Shown here one piece after another: positions 51,560 through 61,906 of a stretch of 64,000 nt of DNA. The stretch covers positions 416,001 to 480,000 of the forward strand of contig CAWHBU010000006.1 of the NCBI GenBank assembly GCA_963827685.1. The letters run 5' to 3'. Origin of the DNA: an uncultured delta proteobacterium. Lineage in GTDB: Bacteria > Desulfobacterota > BSN033 > UBA1163. Every line of letters begins with the position of its first letter. Position 1 is the stretch's first letter. The notes below the pieces were generated by a model. That model did no database searches. It worked only from the letters and a program-made list of their open reading frames with translations, and was not told the origin of the DNA. A program made the position numbers and the translations under genes.

Positions 51560-52900
51560 TCACGAAAAGAAAGGCACTCGTCCTCTTCCGAATCCTTTTT
51601 CTCCCATCTTCGTAAATTGCTTCATCATCTTTCGAGCTTGGGCATATTGTTTAAGCAGTCGGTTGACATCTTGAACACTCGTCCCGCTTCCTCGAGCAAT
51701 CCTCAATCTCCGGCTTCCATTGACGATCTGATAATTGGCCCGCTCTTTAGGCGTCATGGAATTGACAATAGCTTCCACCCTCACCAATTCCTTCTCATCG
51801 AAATCGAGGCCCCCTATTCCTTTCATCTTTTTTGGAAGTCCTGGGATCATCCCCAAGATCGATTCCAATGATCCCATCTTTCGAACCTGTTGAATCTGGT
51901 CCCGAAAATCCTCCAAGGTAAAAGAATCTTTCCGAATCTTCTTCTCTAACTCCCTTGCCTTCTTCTCGTCGAACGCAGTTTCTGCCTTCTCGATCAGGGT
52001 GAGGACATCTCCCATCCCCAGAATTCTTGAAGCCATTCGATCGGGATGGAAAGTCTCCAAGGCATCTAACCTTTCTCCCACTCCGATAAATTTAATGGGT
52101 TTTTGTGTCACGGATCTAATTGAGAGGGCCGCTCCTCCCCGTGCATCCCCATCCATTTTGGTGAGGATGATTCCATCAATCCCCAGCCGGTCATTGAAGT
52201 TTTTTGCAATATTGACCGCATCCTGGCCGGTCATGGCATCGGCTACCAAGAGCACCTCACTGGGCTTGATCTGGGTTTTGATCTCCCGGAGTTCCAGCAT
52301 TAAAGCCTCATCAATATGAAGCCTCCCGGCAGTATCGATGAGCATCAAATCATAACCTCCCTTCAGGGCGAAGTCCTTTGCTTTTAAACAGATCTCCATT
52401 GGGGTTTGCGAAGCTTCGGGGCGGTAAAAATCAACTTTCAACTCCTCCCCTAATTTCTGCAATTGCTCGATCGCCGCGGGTCGGTAAACATCAGCGGGAA
52501 CAAGGTAAGGTCGCTTCTTTTTTCCCTGAAAATACCGCGCCAGTTTACCTGCGGTGGTTGTTTTCCCACAGCCGTGGAGACCTACCAGCATCATTGGAAC
52601 GGGAGGACTTCCCGAAAGATGAATCCTCTGCTCCTCACCGCCCATCAGGGAAATCATCTCTTCTTTTACAATCTTGATCAATTGTTGAGCAGGGGTGAGG
52701 CTGCCCATCACTTCCTGACCGACAGCCCTTCCCTCGACTTGCTGAATAAAATCCTTGACGACCTTGAAATTAACATCCGCCTCCAAGAGGGCAATCCTCA
52801 CTTCCTTTAAGGCTTCTTGGATATTCTGCTCCGTCAACTTTCCATGGCCTCTCAGTTTCTTAAAGATCGAATCTAATTTGGTTGAAAGATTTTCAAACAT
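51560..52900 (-). CDS. ffh: Signal recognition particle protein
   Basis: MFENLS, GKTTT, DTAGR, TKMDGDARGGAALS, Met-rich M domain. Confidence 0.97.
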   Translation of the reverse strand: MFENLSTKLDSIFKKLRGHGKLTEQNIQEALKEVRIALLEADVNFKVVKDFIQQVEGRAVGQEVMGSLTPAQQLIKIVKEEMISLMGGEEQRIHLSGSPPVPMMLVGLHGCGKTTTAGKLARYFQGKKKRPYLVPADVYRPAAIEQLQKLGEELKVDFYRPEASQTPMEICLKAKDFALKGGYDLMLIDTAGRLHIDEALMLELREIKTQIKPSEVLLVADAMTGQDAVNIAKNFNDRLGIDGIILTKMDGDARGGAALSIRSVTQKPIKFIGVGERLDALETFHPDRMASRILGMGDVLTLIEKAETAFDEKKARELEKKIRKDSFTLEDFRDQIQQVRKMGSLESILGMIPGLPKKMKGIGGLDFDEKELVRVEAIVNSMTPKERANYQIVNGSRRLRIARGSGTSVQDVNRLLKQYAQARKMMKQFTKMGEKGFGRGRVPFFS

Positions 52901-53041
52901 ACCTAAATCCAAATAGACTATAACCAATTTATTCTATTCGCTCTTCTCCAGGTTGTCAAATTCCCACGTGCTTTTGGAATGACACGGAGACAGGGTGATA
53001 GCGCGATACGGTGAAGCTCGCCGGGTCTTCGCGTCTTCGAC

Positions 53042-53101
53042 CGCTGAAGCGCTTCGCCTGCCTGCGCGAAGCCGCTTCGGCGAAGGCAGGGCACGCAAGC
53101 G
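53042..53101. repeat. Nested REP (same 34-bp core as 38763-38796)
   Basis: GCTGAAGCGCTTCG[CCTGCCTGCGCGAAGCCGCTTCGGCGAAGGCAGG]GCACGCAAGCG. Confidence 0.8.
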
Positions 53102-53122
53102 TCTCCCCCATCTCTTTTTCAG

Positions 53123-53524
53123 TTACAGTCCCTTTATGATTTTCCATTCCTTTCCCTCTTTCTTGAAAAAGAGGACCTCTTTACCAGAATAGCGATTCTT
53201 CTTCATGCCTTTCTCTACTTCTAAATGAAATTGCTGGATGACGATTGCCGTTTCTCCATCGATTTGGATAGATCGGTCCCAACTGGAATAGGAAATCCGA
53301 TCGAAGGTTTTAAAATATCCTTCGATCCGTTTTTGAAGCCGGCTAAGGTCTTCCTCCTTATCTTGATAGGCCTTGGAGATGCAGGAGAGGTAAAGGGAGA
53401 GGTCTCTTCTCTGGAGGGCCTCTTGCCTTTGATTCAAGATTTGATAGATTTTTTCTTCTTCGGAGACCTGACAGGCTAAGAGGAAAAGAATAGGGAGCAG
53501 AAAGGAGAGGAAACTTCTTCTCAT
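53123..53524 (-). CDS. NTF2-like lipoprotein (hypothetical)
   Basis: Lipobox LLAC; C-terminal WKI motif; overlaps the stop of the upstream gene. Confidence 0.7.
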   Translation of the reverse strand: MRRSFLSFLLPILFLLACQVSEEEKIYQILNQRQEALQRRDLSLYLSCISKAYQDKEEDLSRLQKRIEGYFKTFDRISYSSWDRSIQIDGETAIVIQQFHLEVEKGMKKNRYSGKEVLFFKKEGKEWKIIKGL

Positions 53525-55221
53525 TTCAGCTTTTCAATTTCTCCGGGCTGAATCTTCGCCTTTCCTCGTCCACTCGGCCCTCCTTTCACATCGACCCGGT
53601 TCTTATCGATATCAAAAATGATCTCATCTCCCGAGACGATATTCTCCCCTTCCGAAACTTTCGGGTCACCCGTCAAAACCACTTTTTGGTCAAGGTTGTA
53701 AAAAACGGCCTTCTGACAATTGGCGACTCGAAGACCCTGTTGGATCTTCACATTTCCCCCGGCAGTCACCCGATCAATCCCCTTGCCGTCTTCAATGATC
53801 ACTGCCTCTAAAGAATCAGCATAGATCACTATATCCCTCTGTCGAGCAATGACATTCCCTGTGAAGATGATCAAATTCTCCTTCCAGTAGGCCTCCACTT
53901 TGTCGGAGGTGATATCGATGGGTTGGCTCTTATCCACAAGCTTGGCGTCCTCAGTCTCCAGAGGAATCCCCTTCTTGACTTTTTCTTTCTCCTTGGAACG
54001 TATCGGGGAACTCGGTAATGCGGTGTTCCGTTTCTCCTCAACAGGCTTTACCTCTACCTTCGGTGCTGTTTTGGCAGAAGGGGGAGACGGAGGAATTCGA
54101 TCTTCCTTTACCGGTTCTCCAGTTGGAATGGGTTCGACCTTCTTGGCTTCTATGGAGCGAGGAATGGCTTGGCGTCTCTCCTCTTGAATGGGTTCGACCG
54201 CCACGGGTGCCACTGGCTTCCTGGATTCTTCTTTAGGAGGAATTGCCTTAACCGACTCGCTCGTGACAGGGAGGGAAGCCAATTGCTCCTGCTCCTTCCT
54301 CGTCTCAACCTTTTTCTCCTCCTTCAGAGAAACAGGCTGTTTCCCTTCCTCTTCGAATTTGACCAAGGCAACCCTATCGGGTTCTATCCCGGCACCTTCG
54401 TCTTTCTTCTTGGACTCTTTGGTTTTGGTCTTGCGAAGAGAGACTTTCTTTTCCGATAGACCTTTATCAACAATGACTCTGGCTTCTTGATAATAGGGGC
54501 TTTTGGGATATTCGGTGACAATCTTCCTAAAGGCCGCTTCAGCCTTCTCCCATCGTTCGAGTTCAAGATAACTCTTTCCTAAGAAGTAGAGAGTCATATC
54601 CTCATCGGGGTCTTTAGGAAATTTTTCTAATAACCCCTCAAAACGTGAAGCAGCGGCTTGAAATCTTCCTTGTTTGTAATAGAAATTTCCAACATAGAAT
54701 TCATGGTCAGCCATCCGTTTTTTACAGACACCAATTTTTTCCTTTGCCTTCTCGGTAAAGAGGCTGGGGGGATAATTGGCGATCAGATATTCGAAGCTGG
54801 AGAGGGCCTTCTTCGAGGGAGTCTGATCCCGATCAAGGGTGAACATCTGATTGAAATAGGACATCCCAATTTGATACTGAACATAAGGAATCTCTTCATG
54901 GCTTGGATGGATCTTCTTAAACTCCTCATAAGCTGCAATCGCCTCTACATATGCTTTCTGTAAGAAGTGACAATCGCCGACCTTCAGTTCTGCCCAAAGG
55001 GTATAGGGAGGACTATCGGGAAAACTTGACTTCAACTCTTCGAATTTCTTCATGGCCTCGATATAGTCTCTTTTATTGAATCGAGCCAATCCCTGCTTAT
55101 AAAGGATTTCAGGATCTCCTTCAATTTTCTTAATATCCTTCCCCTTCCCACCACATCCAAAAAGAAGGGAGAGGGCGATAGGCAACAAGAGCATCCATTT
55201 TAGAAATATTCTCTTTTTCAT
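53521..55221 (-). CDS. bamD: BamD lipoprotein fused to a C-terminal LptA/OstA domain
   Basis: Lipobox LFGC, TPRs with DRDQT and HEFYVGNFY; Pro/Glu/Lys linker; PIDITSD..FTGNVIARQ..LTGDPKV. Confidence 0.85.
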   Translation of the reverse strand: MKKRIFLKWMLLLPIALSLLFGCGGKGKDIKKIEGDPEILYKQGLARFNKRDYIEAMKKFEELKSSFPDSPPYTLWAELKVGDCHFLQKAYVEAIAAYEEFKKIHPSHEEIPYVQYQIGMSYFNQMFTLDRDQTPSKKALSSFEYLIANYPPSLFTEKAKEKIGVCKKRMADHEFYVGNFYYKQGRFQAAASRFEGLLEKFPKDPDEDMTLYFLGKSYLELERWEKAEAAFRKIVTEYPKSPYYQEARVIVDKGLSEKKVSLRKTKTKESKKKDEGAGIEPDRVALVKFEEEGKQPVSLKEEKKVETRKEQEQLASLPVTSESVKAIPPKEESRKPVAPVAVEPIQEERRQAIPRSIEAKKVEPIPTGEPVKEDRIPPSPPSAKTAPKVEVKPVEEKRNTALPSSPIRSKEKEKVKKGIPLETEDAKLVDKSQPIDITSDKVEAYWKENLIIFTGNVIARQRDIVIYADSLEAVIIEDGKGIDRVTAGGNVKIQQGLRVANCQKAVFYNLDQKVVLTGDPKVSEGENIVSGDEIIFDIDKNRVDVKGGPSGRGKAKIQPGEIEKLK

Positions 55222-55421
55222 ATGAAACGTTCCCAAAAGTTCCATTATTATGATAGGAAGCGCTTAGGATGTCAATACAAAAATCCCTTTCTCAGTGAAA
55301 TTCAAGGTAAGAGATGGTTTATCCAAAAGCATCTTTTATCTTGAATTTCAAATGGAAAGCCCTTAAGATGAAAAGAGATTTAAAAAATGCTTGCCCACCG
55401 CGAGGAGGAAGGGAGCGACGG

Positions 55422-56588
55422 ATGCGAATCGGCATGGCAAAAAGAATTGATCAAATCCCTCCTTATCTTTTCGCAGAGATAGATAAGAAGAAAGAGGACC
55501 TGAGGAGGAAGGGAGTAGATCTCATTGACCTGGGAATTGGAGATCCGGACCTCCCCACCCCCAAACCGATTATTGAACGATTAAAAAAAGCGGCGGAAAA
55601 TTCCAAAAACCACCGGTACCCCTCCTACGAAGGGATGATTGAATTCAGAACGGCGGTGGCCCAATGGTATGAAAGGAGGTTTGGCGTCAAGCTTGATCCG
55701 GGAACAGAGGTGCTCTCTCTCATCGGTTCGAAGGAAGGCATCGCCCATATCCCTCTTGCCTTTGTCAACCCGGGAGATTATGTTCTGGTTCCTACTCCCG
55801 GCTATCCTGTTTATCGTGTCTCGACCCTTTTCGCCGGGGGCGCCCCTTATTTCTTACCGCTTCGTGAAGAGAATGGATTTCTACCGAACCTTTCTGAAAT
55901 CCCTGAGAAGGTAGCCAAAAAAGCAAAACTCCTTTTCATCAACTATCCCAATAATCCCACATCCGCCATCGCTGAGAAACCTTTCTTTGAAGAGGTCGTG
56001 ACCTTCGCCCAGCACTACCAGATCATCGTTTGCCATGATGCAGCCTATTCAGAAATCGCTTTCGATGGATACCAACCTCTCAGTTTTTTGGAAGTGAAGG
56101 GGGCCAAGGAGGTGGGAGTCGAATTTCACAGCCTCTCAAAAACCTTTAATATGACGGGATGGAGAATCGGATTCGCGGTGGGGCATTCTGAAATACTCGC
56201 CGGATTGGGAAGGGTGAAGACCAATATCGATTCCGGTGTTTTCCAAGCGATCCAGGAAGCCGGAGCAGAAGCCCTCAATCACCTTGACACTCCGCTTCCG
56301 GAAATCATTAACATTTATGAGAGACGAAGAGATGTGATGGTAAGGGGTCTTCAAGAGATTGGGTTAGAAGTACATCGTCCCAAGGCCACCTTCTATCTCT
56401 GGATTCGAGTACCAAGGGGATATACCTCCGCTCAATTCGCTACGCTCTTGATCGAGCAAGGGGGAATCGTCGCTACCCCAGGAAACGGTTTTGGAGAGGG
56501 AGGAGAAGGCTACATCCGAATGGCTCTTACGGTCGATGAAAAAAGGTTGAAAGAAGCGATCGAAAGACTGAAACGAATCAAATTCTGA
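55422..56588 (+). CDS. dapL: LL-diaminopimelate aminotransferase
   Basis: [39 protein letters not shown]. Confidence 0.88.
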   Translation: MRIGMAKRIDQIPPYLFAEIDKKKEDLRRKGVDLIDLGIGDPDLPTPKPIIERLKKAAENSKNHRYPSYEGMIEFRTAVAQWYERRFGVKLDPGTEVLSLIGSKEGIAHIPLAFVNPGDYVLVPTPGYPVYRVSTLFAGGAPYFLPLREENGFLPNLSEIPEKVAKKAKLLFINYPNNPTSAIAEKPFFEEVVTFAQHYQIIVCHDAAYSEIAFDGYQPLSFLEVKGAKEVGVEFHSLSKTFNMTGWRIGFAVGHSEILAGLGRVKTNIDSGVFQAIQEAGAEALNHLDTPLPEIINIYERRRDVMVRGLQEIGLEVHRPKATFYLWIRVPRGYTSAQFATLLIEQGGIVATPGNGFGEGGEGYIRMALTVDEKRLKEAIERLKRIKF

Positions 56589-56688
56589 AGACTTCTCTTT
56601 TTATAAACCTGTTGGATGGAATTCGGTCGTTTGCTATTTTCTTTTTACCTCTTCTTTGGTCCTCGAACAAAAAATAGGAGGGTATAAA

Positions 56689-58002
56689 ATGGAAGGACTT
56701 TTGGGAGAGATATTTCTCATTGCTATGCTTATCCTCTTAAGCGGCTATTTAGCTGGGACAGAGATTGCGGTGGTGACCGCGAGGAAAATCAACATTAAAC
56801 AGATGGCCGAAAGTGGAAAAAGAAATGCAAAAATCTTTCTAAAACTCAAAGAAGAACCGGACCGATTTCTGGCAACCATCCAGATCGGAATTACTCTGAT
56901 GGGTGTTCTTGCATCAGCAATTGGTGGTGCGGCATCCGTAAAGGTGATTGAACCTTTGCTAAAAGAGGTGCCGATCAAAGCAATATCTTTAGCAGCCGGG
57001 CCTATTGCCATCGGGATTGTGGTCGTCATCATCACTTATTTTTCTGTGATCTTTGGTGAACTTGTGCCCAAGTCGATTGCCTTGATGCATCCAGAAACGA
57101 TAGGACTCTGGACGGCCAGATCCATCGATACCTTTTCGAAGGTCGTTTCGATTTTTGTCAAAACCCTCACTTTCAGCACGGCCGTCATGCTCAGACCTTT
57201 TGGCGAAAAACCGTTTACTGAGAGGGCCCATGTTACTGAGGAAGAAGTGAAGATGCTGATCAAAGAAGGCGGGAAACACGGCGTATTTGAACCCACGGAA
57301 GAAAAAATCCTCCAAAGCGTTTTCGAATTCACGGACATGTCCGTGAAAGAGGTGATGGTTTCGGATACACAGATGATGATGATTCAGATTGATAAATCGG
57401 TTCAAGAAATCGTTTCACTCATCGAAGAGGAACAGTTTTCTCGTTATCCTGTTTTCGGAAGGGAACTCAATGACATCAGGGGAATCCTTTATGCAAGAGA
57501 ATTCCTCACCACTCTCGCAAAAACAGGACAGGTCGATATCCGAAAGATCATCAAGCCTCCCTATTTCATCCCCGAGACGATGAAAATCAGCCTCCTCTTA
57601 AGGGAAATGCAAAGAAAGAGGATCCATATGGCTCTGGTGGTGGATGAATACGGCGGGATCTCTGGTTTGGTCACCATCGAAGATCTGATTGAAGAGATCG
57701 TTGGGGAAATCAGAGATGAATATGATATCGAAAGCCCTGTGATTCAACTCTCGGATGGAACGATGCTGATCGATGCGTCAATCAGCCTGAGGGATCTGAA
57801 AGAGGACCATCAGATCTCGTTACCGGAATCACCTGAATATGAAACCCTGGGAGGTTTCTTGATGGCGATCCTCCAGAGGATTCCTCAAGCCGGTGATATG
57901 GTAGAAATTGAAGGGAAGCGGATAAAAATTGTCGAAATGGTGGGACAGAGAATTTCAAAGGTAAAGTTAGAAAGGTTACCCGAACCTGCCGAAAAGAACT
58001 AA
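56689..58002 (+). CDS. HlyC/CorC (CNNM-CBS-CorC) family membrane protein
   Basis: [45 protein letters not shown]. Confidence 0.92.
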   Translation: MEGLLGEIFLIAMLILLSGYLAGTEIAVVTARKINIKQMAESGKRNAKIFLKLKEEPDRFLATIQIGITLMGVLASAIGGAASVKVIEPLLKEVPIKAISLAAGPIAIGIVVVIITYFSVIFGELVPKSIALMHPETIGLWTARSIDTFSKVVSIFVKTLTFSTAVMLRPFGEKPFTERAHVTEEEVKMLIKEGGKHGVFEPTEEKILQSVFEFTDMSVKEVMVSDTQMMMIQIDKSVQEIVSLIEEEQFSRYPVFGRELNDIRGILYAREFLTTLAKTGQVDIRKIIKPPYFIPETMKISLLLREMQRKRIHMALVVDEYGGISGLVTIEDLIEEIVGEIRDEYDIESPVIQLSDGTMLIDASISLRDLKEDHQISLPESPEYETLGGFLMAILQRIPQAGDMVEIEGKRIKIVEMVGQRISKVKLERLPEPAEKN

Positions 58003-58107
58003 GAAGTATAGTGCAAATCAGATATCCAGTTTGCGTTGAGCTCATAGGGACTGATGTAGAAAGAGGATTCATCGACTTTGTGCGGGCAGAATGAAGGCGG
58101 ATTATTT

Positions 58108-58485
58108 TTATTTAAAGATGGGATTTGCTTCCGCTGCCAATTCTTGAGCGATTGAGATCCTTTGATCCTTATCTTCTGGCCACCCGACAATATCTGCATG
58201 CCTTATTGGAGGAGGGTCAGTGGGGGCGACAACTAAAGCCTTTGATAAAATGTTAAAAACCCTTATATCAGCTCGTCCCAATAATGGCTTCCCTCGCATT
58301 CTGGCAACTTCAAGACCAATTTCCCAAATTTCAACGTTAGTAATCCCAGAAATCCTGCAGACCGACGTCCTACCATTATTGTTTGGCATAAAAGCTTGAT
58401 GCTTTATTGTGCGATTTGCCCTAAAATGGTTCTTATCAACTATAAATCTTGATAAATATTCAAACGGATTGATCGCCTCGGGCAT
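58108..58485 (-). CDS. Hypothetical protein, possible ADP-ribosyltransferase/RES-like fold
   Basis: LSRFI..AFMP..TSVCR..RHADIVGWP spacing; third gene of the AT-rich islet. Confidence 0.65.
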   Translation of the reverse strand: MPEAINPFEYLSRFIVDKNHFRANRTIKHQAFMPNNNGRTSVCRISGITNVEIWEIGLEVARMRGKPLLGRADIRVFNILSKALVVAPTDPPPIRHADIVGWPEDKDQRISIAQELAAEANPIFK

Positions 58486-58486
58486 A

Positions 58487-58987
58487 TTATGAATAAAGCC
58501 TATTTAAACCTGTTAATACTATCGCAGGGAGAGAATCAGAAAAATATTCGGTTCCATGGGTTTTGTTTATTCCAAATAATCCAGCATACACAATACTGTT
58601 TTTTCCAGAAACAGTAACCACAAATACGTGTCGATTATCTCTATACCATTCTAGTGATATTTCCCCATCGTTGTCGGGACTAATCTCAGGCAATGGCAAA
58701 TTCAGGTTAATAGGTAAACTTTTGACGAAGCTTTCTGCTTCATGGTACGCATCTTCAGATAGGGGTAGTGCTCCTTCTCCATCCCAGTTCGGGACAGAAT
58801 ATTCTATGAATATCCTGCGAAGGTCCTGAAGGATCTTGTCTTGAGCTCCTAAGGTTTCTGTTTCCACAAATCCTTCCACAATACGATCCATATATCCCTT
58901 TAATTTTCCAGAATCAGCGCTAATTCCTATGGCTGAGAAGTTCGTAATACTACTGCAATCAACACAGGCAATTGCTCTTGTTGTCAT
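58487..58987 (-). CDS. Hypothetical protein (partner of the TIGR04255 gene)
   Basis: PNWDGEGA..P, PDNDGEISLEWY; 4-nt overlap with the upstream gene. Confidence 0.75.
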   Translation of the reverse strand: MTTRAIACVDCSSITNFSAIGISADSGKLKGYMDRIVEGFVETETLGAQDKILQDLRRIFIEYSVPNWDGEGALPLSEDAYHEAESFVKSLPINLNLPLPEISPDNDGEISLEWYRDNRHVFVVTVSGKNSIVYAGLFGINKTHGTEYFSDSLPAIVLTGLNRLYS

Positions 58988-59730
58988 ATATAAATCTCCT
59001 TTAACTTTTCTGTGATAAACCCAAAAAATATTTGGTTCTTAAAATTCCGCATCTTCTCGAGGAGATTCCAAGCTTCTCTTTCCTCAATTCCTGCAGTTCG
59101 TTCTTTATTTACATCAATATCCAATATTACTGGAAGTTTGGGCATTTCTACAGGCATTGCTTCAAGTGCCTGCGTGATTATTGCATTGGCTTCTAATTCT
59201 GGCACATGAACATTCAGCCGGATCAAAAAGCTATGAACTCCCTGAGGCAATCCTTCGGGAAGAACTGGAGGAGCTACAAGATAATCAGCAAAATCTATTA
59301 CTGGCATCGGAATATTCAGGTTGTTTATGTATCGCAGGGCAACCCTGGTGATGGCTTCTGGGAGTACCGCTTCCTTGTACAATAACCATAATCTATTTGC
59401 CTCATTTCTAAATTCTTCCCAACTTAAATACGGAGGGAGTCTGTTATAAGTGAAACCATCAAGTCTTGCTTGGAAGATTTCGTTCTTATTCCTCGAAATG
59501 TAGCGGTAACCAGTTATTCTTAAAGGAACTGATTGTACTAATTCAGAACCAGGCTTTAATGCAAATTGCAATTGAGAGTGTCTTTGCTCTTGCTTCTCCG
59601 GATAACTTTCATTAACCTTCTCATAAACAGAGTCGATTCTTTTAACATCAAAATCACTAGGCAGTTTTACCCTTAAGTCAATAAGGGCCTCTTTAATAGG
59701 AGCTTTTGTTAATTTTGGATACCCTTCCAA
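58984..59730 (-). CDS. TIGR04255 family protein
   Basis: LTKAPIKEALIDLR, PYLSWEEF, TRVALRYIN, VILDID, KNQIF. Confidence 0.85.
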   Translation of the reverse strand: MEGYPKLTKAPIKEALIDLRVKLPSDFDVKRIDSVYEKVNESYPEKQEQRHSQLQFALKPGSELVQSVPLRITGYRYISRNKNEIFQARLDGFTYNRLPPYLSWEEFRNEANRLWLLYKEAVLPEAITRVALRYINNLNIPMPVIDFADYLVAPPVLPEGLPQGVHSFLIRLNVHVPELEANAIITQALEAMPVEMPKLPVILDIDVNKERTAGIEEREAWNLLEKMRNFKNQIFFGFITEKLKEIYI

Positions 59731-60051
59731 ATTTAAACCTTCTTCGATGAGGTAATTTTCTAATATTTCTACTATTTTTCTAAAATCGTGTCAATCCAAT
59801 CGAAATTTTTAGAAAAATCAGTTGGTTAATTTGTTTTGCTCTACCATTGGGAGATTTAGGTTCTAGAACATTCTGAGGTTAAGGCATTTTCCCCGATTTG
59901 CCCCCCTTAAAAAAGGGCCAACCGTTGTCAAGTCGTTTCAGAACCTACGCCCCCTTTCTTGTCGGCATTTCAACTGATCAGTCTGCAAATCATAAATCAG
60001 GATATGGGTCTATTCGGGGTACCCGTGTCAGGAAGCTCATCGTAGCGAGGG

Positions 60052-61038
60052 TTACTTCCGGAACATGGTCTCGGGGGGTACCCCTTCGTTCAGAATCAGA
60101 ACTTCTACTCGTCTGTTGAGTTGTCTTCCGCCGGCAGAGTCATTGCCGGCCACAGGGAATTGCTTCCCATACCCCTTTGTGATAATCCGATCCGGGCTAA
60201 TCCCATTTGCGACCAACTGTTCTTTCACTGCATCGGCCCGTTTCTCAGATAGAGCCAGGTTAAAGTCGTCCGAACCGACACTATCGGTATAACCCTCAAC
60301 CAATATGTTGCGCGTTGGATTTTTTTGTAGAAAATCAGCTACCTTTTCAACGTTTCGAATGCCGCCTGACAACAATGTGGACTGACCGAAGGCAAATAAT
60401 ACATCGCCCATGGTCAAGACGACCCCTCGCTCAGTCTGCTGGGCCTTTAATTCGGAGAACTCTTTTAAGAGCTGATCCGTTTCGGCTTTGGTTTTTTCAG
60501 CCCTCTCTGCTTCCGCCGTGGCTCTCAGCCTCGCCTGTTCCGCTTCCTTTTTCGCTTTTTCAGCGGTCACTGCTTCCGCCGCGGCTGCTGACCGTGCTTG
60601 TTCAGCCTCCCGTGCTTTCGCCTCGGCTTCCCTTTTCGCCAGATTTGCCTCCAGAACCCGCTTTTGGAGAAGAAGATCGGTCGCTTCCTTGCTAAGAGCC
60701 TCGGTCTCCTTTTCAACCCTCTTCCCTTCTGCGATGGTCACAGCAGTTTGGGCTTTCTTTTCGGCAAGGTAGCCCAGTTGCTCCATCTCCACATAATCCT
60801 TAGTCTGCTCTGCTGCCTGTAGGATTTTACCTGCGTCAGCCAGCGGGGCTGGGGCATAAATCTCAACGTTTGGATTGGCCTTCGCCTGCCCATAAGCGGC
60901 GTTGGCACGCTCTAAACTTCTTTTGGCCCTGATTTCCTGCTGGGAAGCGCATCCCGTGACAAATAATAAAATGAGTAAACTGAACGGAATGAGTAATTCC
61001 AACCCTCTTTTGATTGATGTGGGAGCAATAACGGTCAT
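60052..61038 (-). CDS. OmpA-family lipoprotein with DUF4398
   Basis: Lipobox VTGC; TERGVVLTMGDVLF, EGYTDSVG, NRRVE. Confidence 0.92.
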   Translation of the reverse strand: MTVIAPTSIKRGLELLIPFSLLILLFVTGCASQQEIRAKRSLERANAAYGQAKANPNVEIYAPAPLADAGKILQAAEQTKDYVEMEQLGYLAEKKAQTAVTIAEGKRVEKETEALSKEATDLLLQKRVLEANLAKREAEAKAREAEQARSAAAAEAVTAEKAKKEAEQARLRATAEAERAEKTKAETDQLLKEFSELKAQQTERGVVLTMGDVLFAFGQSTLLSGGIRNVEKVADFLQKNPTRNILVEGYTDSVGSDDFNLALSEKRADAVKEQLVANGISPDRIITKGYGKQFPVAGNDSAGGRQLNRRVEVLILNEGVPPETMFRK

Positions 61039-61060
61039 GGTCTATTTCCTCCTTGAAGAG

Positions 61061-61447
61061 TTATTGTTTGGACAAGAGTTCAATTTCCTGTCGTAGGGTG
61101 TTGATGCTTTGACGTAACTCCTCAGCTTTCTTCTTTGCCTTCTCGGAGGTCCCTTTGGCGCGAGCGTAATCAGCATCGACCAAAGCCTGCTCAGCCAGGC
61201 GGGTAGCTTCTTCATAGTCCTTTTTGCCGAGAGCTGTTTTCGCTGCCCCAAGTTTATCCTGAGCGGCCTTCAGCTCGGTGGGCGCATTGAGACTAGCATT
61301 ACTTTCCTCAGCCTCATTGACCGCCTTATCAGCCTGGGAAATTTTCTCCTTTGGAAGGGCAGCATAGGTAGCACACCCACTTATGAGAAGCAGGCTAAGA
61401 ACTGCAACGCCAGCAAACAACTGTTGTAATCTTCTCTTCCCCTTCAT
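61061..61447 (-). CDS. DUF4398 lipoprotein
   Basis: ISGC lipobox, APTELKAAQDKL, AEQALVDADYA. Confidence 0.85.
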   Translation of the reverse strand: MKGKRRLQQLFAGVAVLSLLLISGCATYAALPKEKISQADKAVNEAEESNASLNAPTELKAAQDKLGAAKTALGKKDYEEATRLAEQALVDADYARAKGTSEKAKKKAEELRQSINTLRQEIELLSKQ

Positions 61448-61906
61448 TTAATGCTCCTTTCCGTAATTCATTTGGATAGATTGCTTTGAGGTCCTTATCG
61501 ATTTCGGGTTGTCAAGTTTTGGGTTAGTTTTCCTCAGTTCGACACGTTCTTGAGGTTTTTTAGATCCCTGACTTGAATCGTCAACATATTCCCCTCAGGC
61601 CTCACGAAGGTCACAGCAGGCGAATTCTTGACGATCTTCTGGACAAACACCGTTTCATTATAACCCTCGCGAACTCCTCGGCGCAAGAGTACTTTTCTGT
61701 ATGTAATAAGGGTTGGGAGCAAGAAAGAAGATAAGGGCATGAGATTCATTAAGGAGGGCGTCAAGTCTACATCACTGGGACAAATAACTGGGGACGGCTG
61801 TAATAAAATGTAGCATTTGAAATCGGTTATAGCTTAATGATTTAATTGTTCTCCCTGTTTCCTGATCACCCCATCTTCTCAACTCCCCATTACCTCATCT
61901 CCTTAT

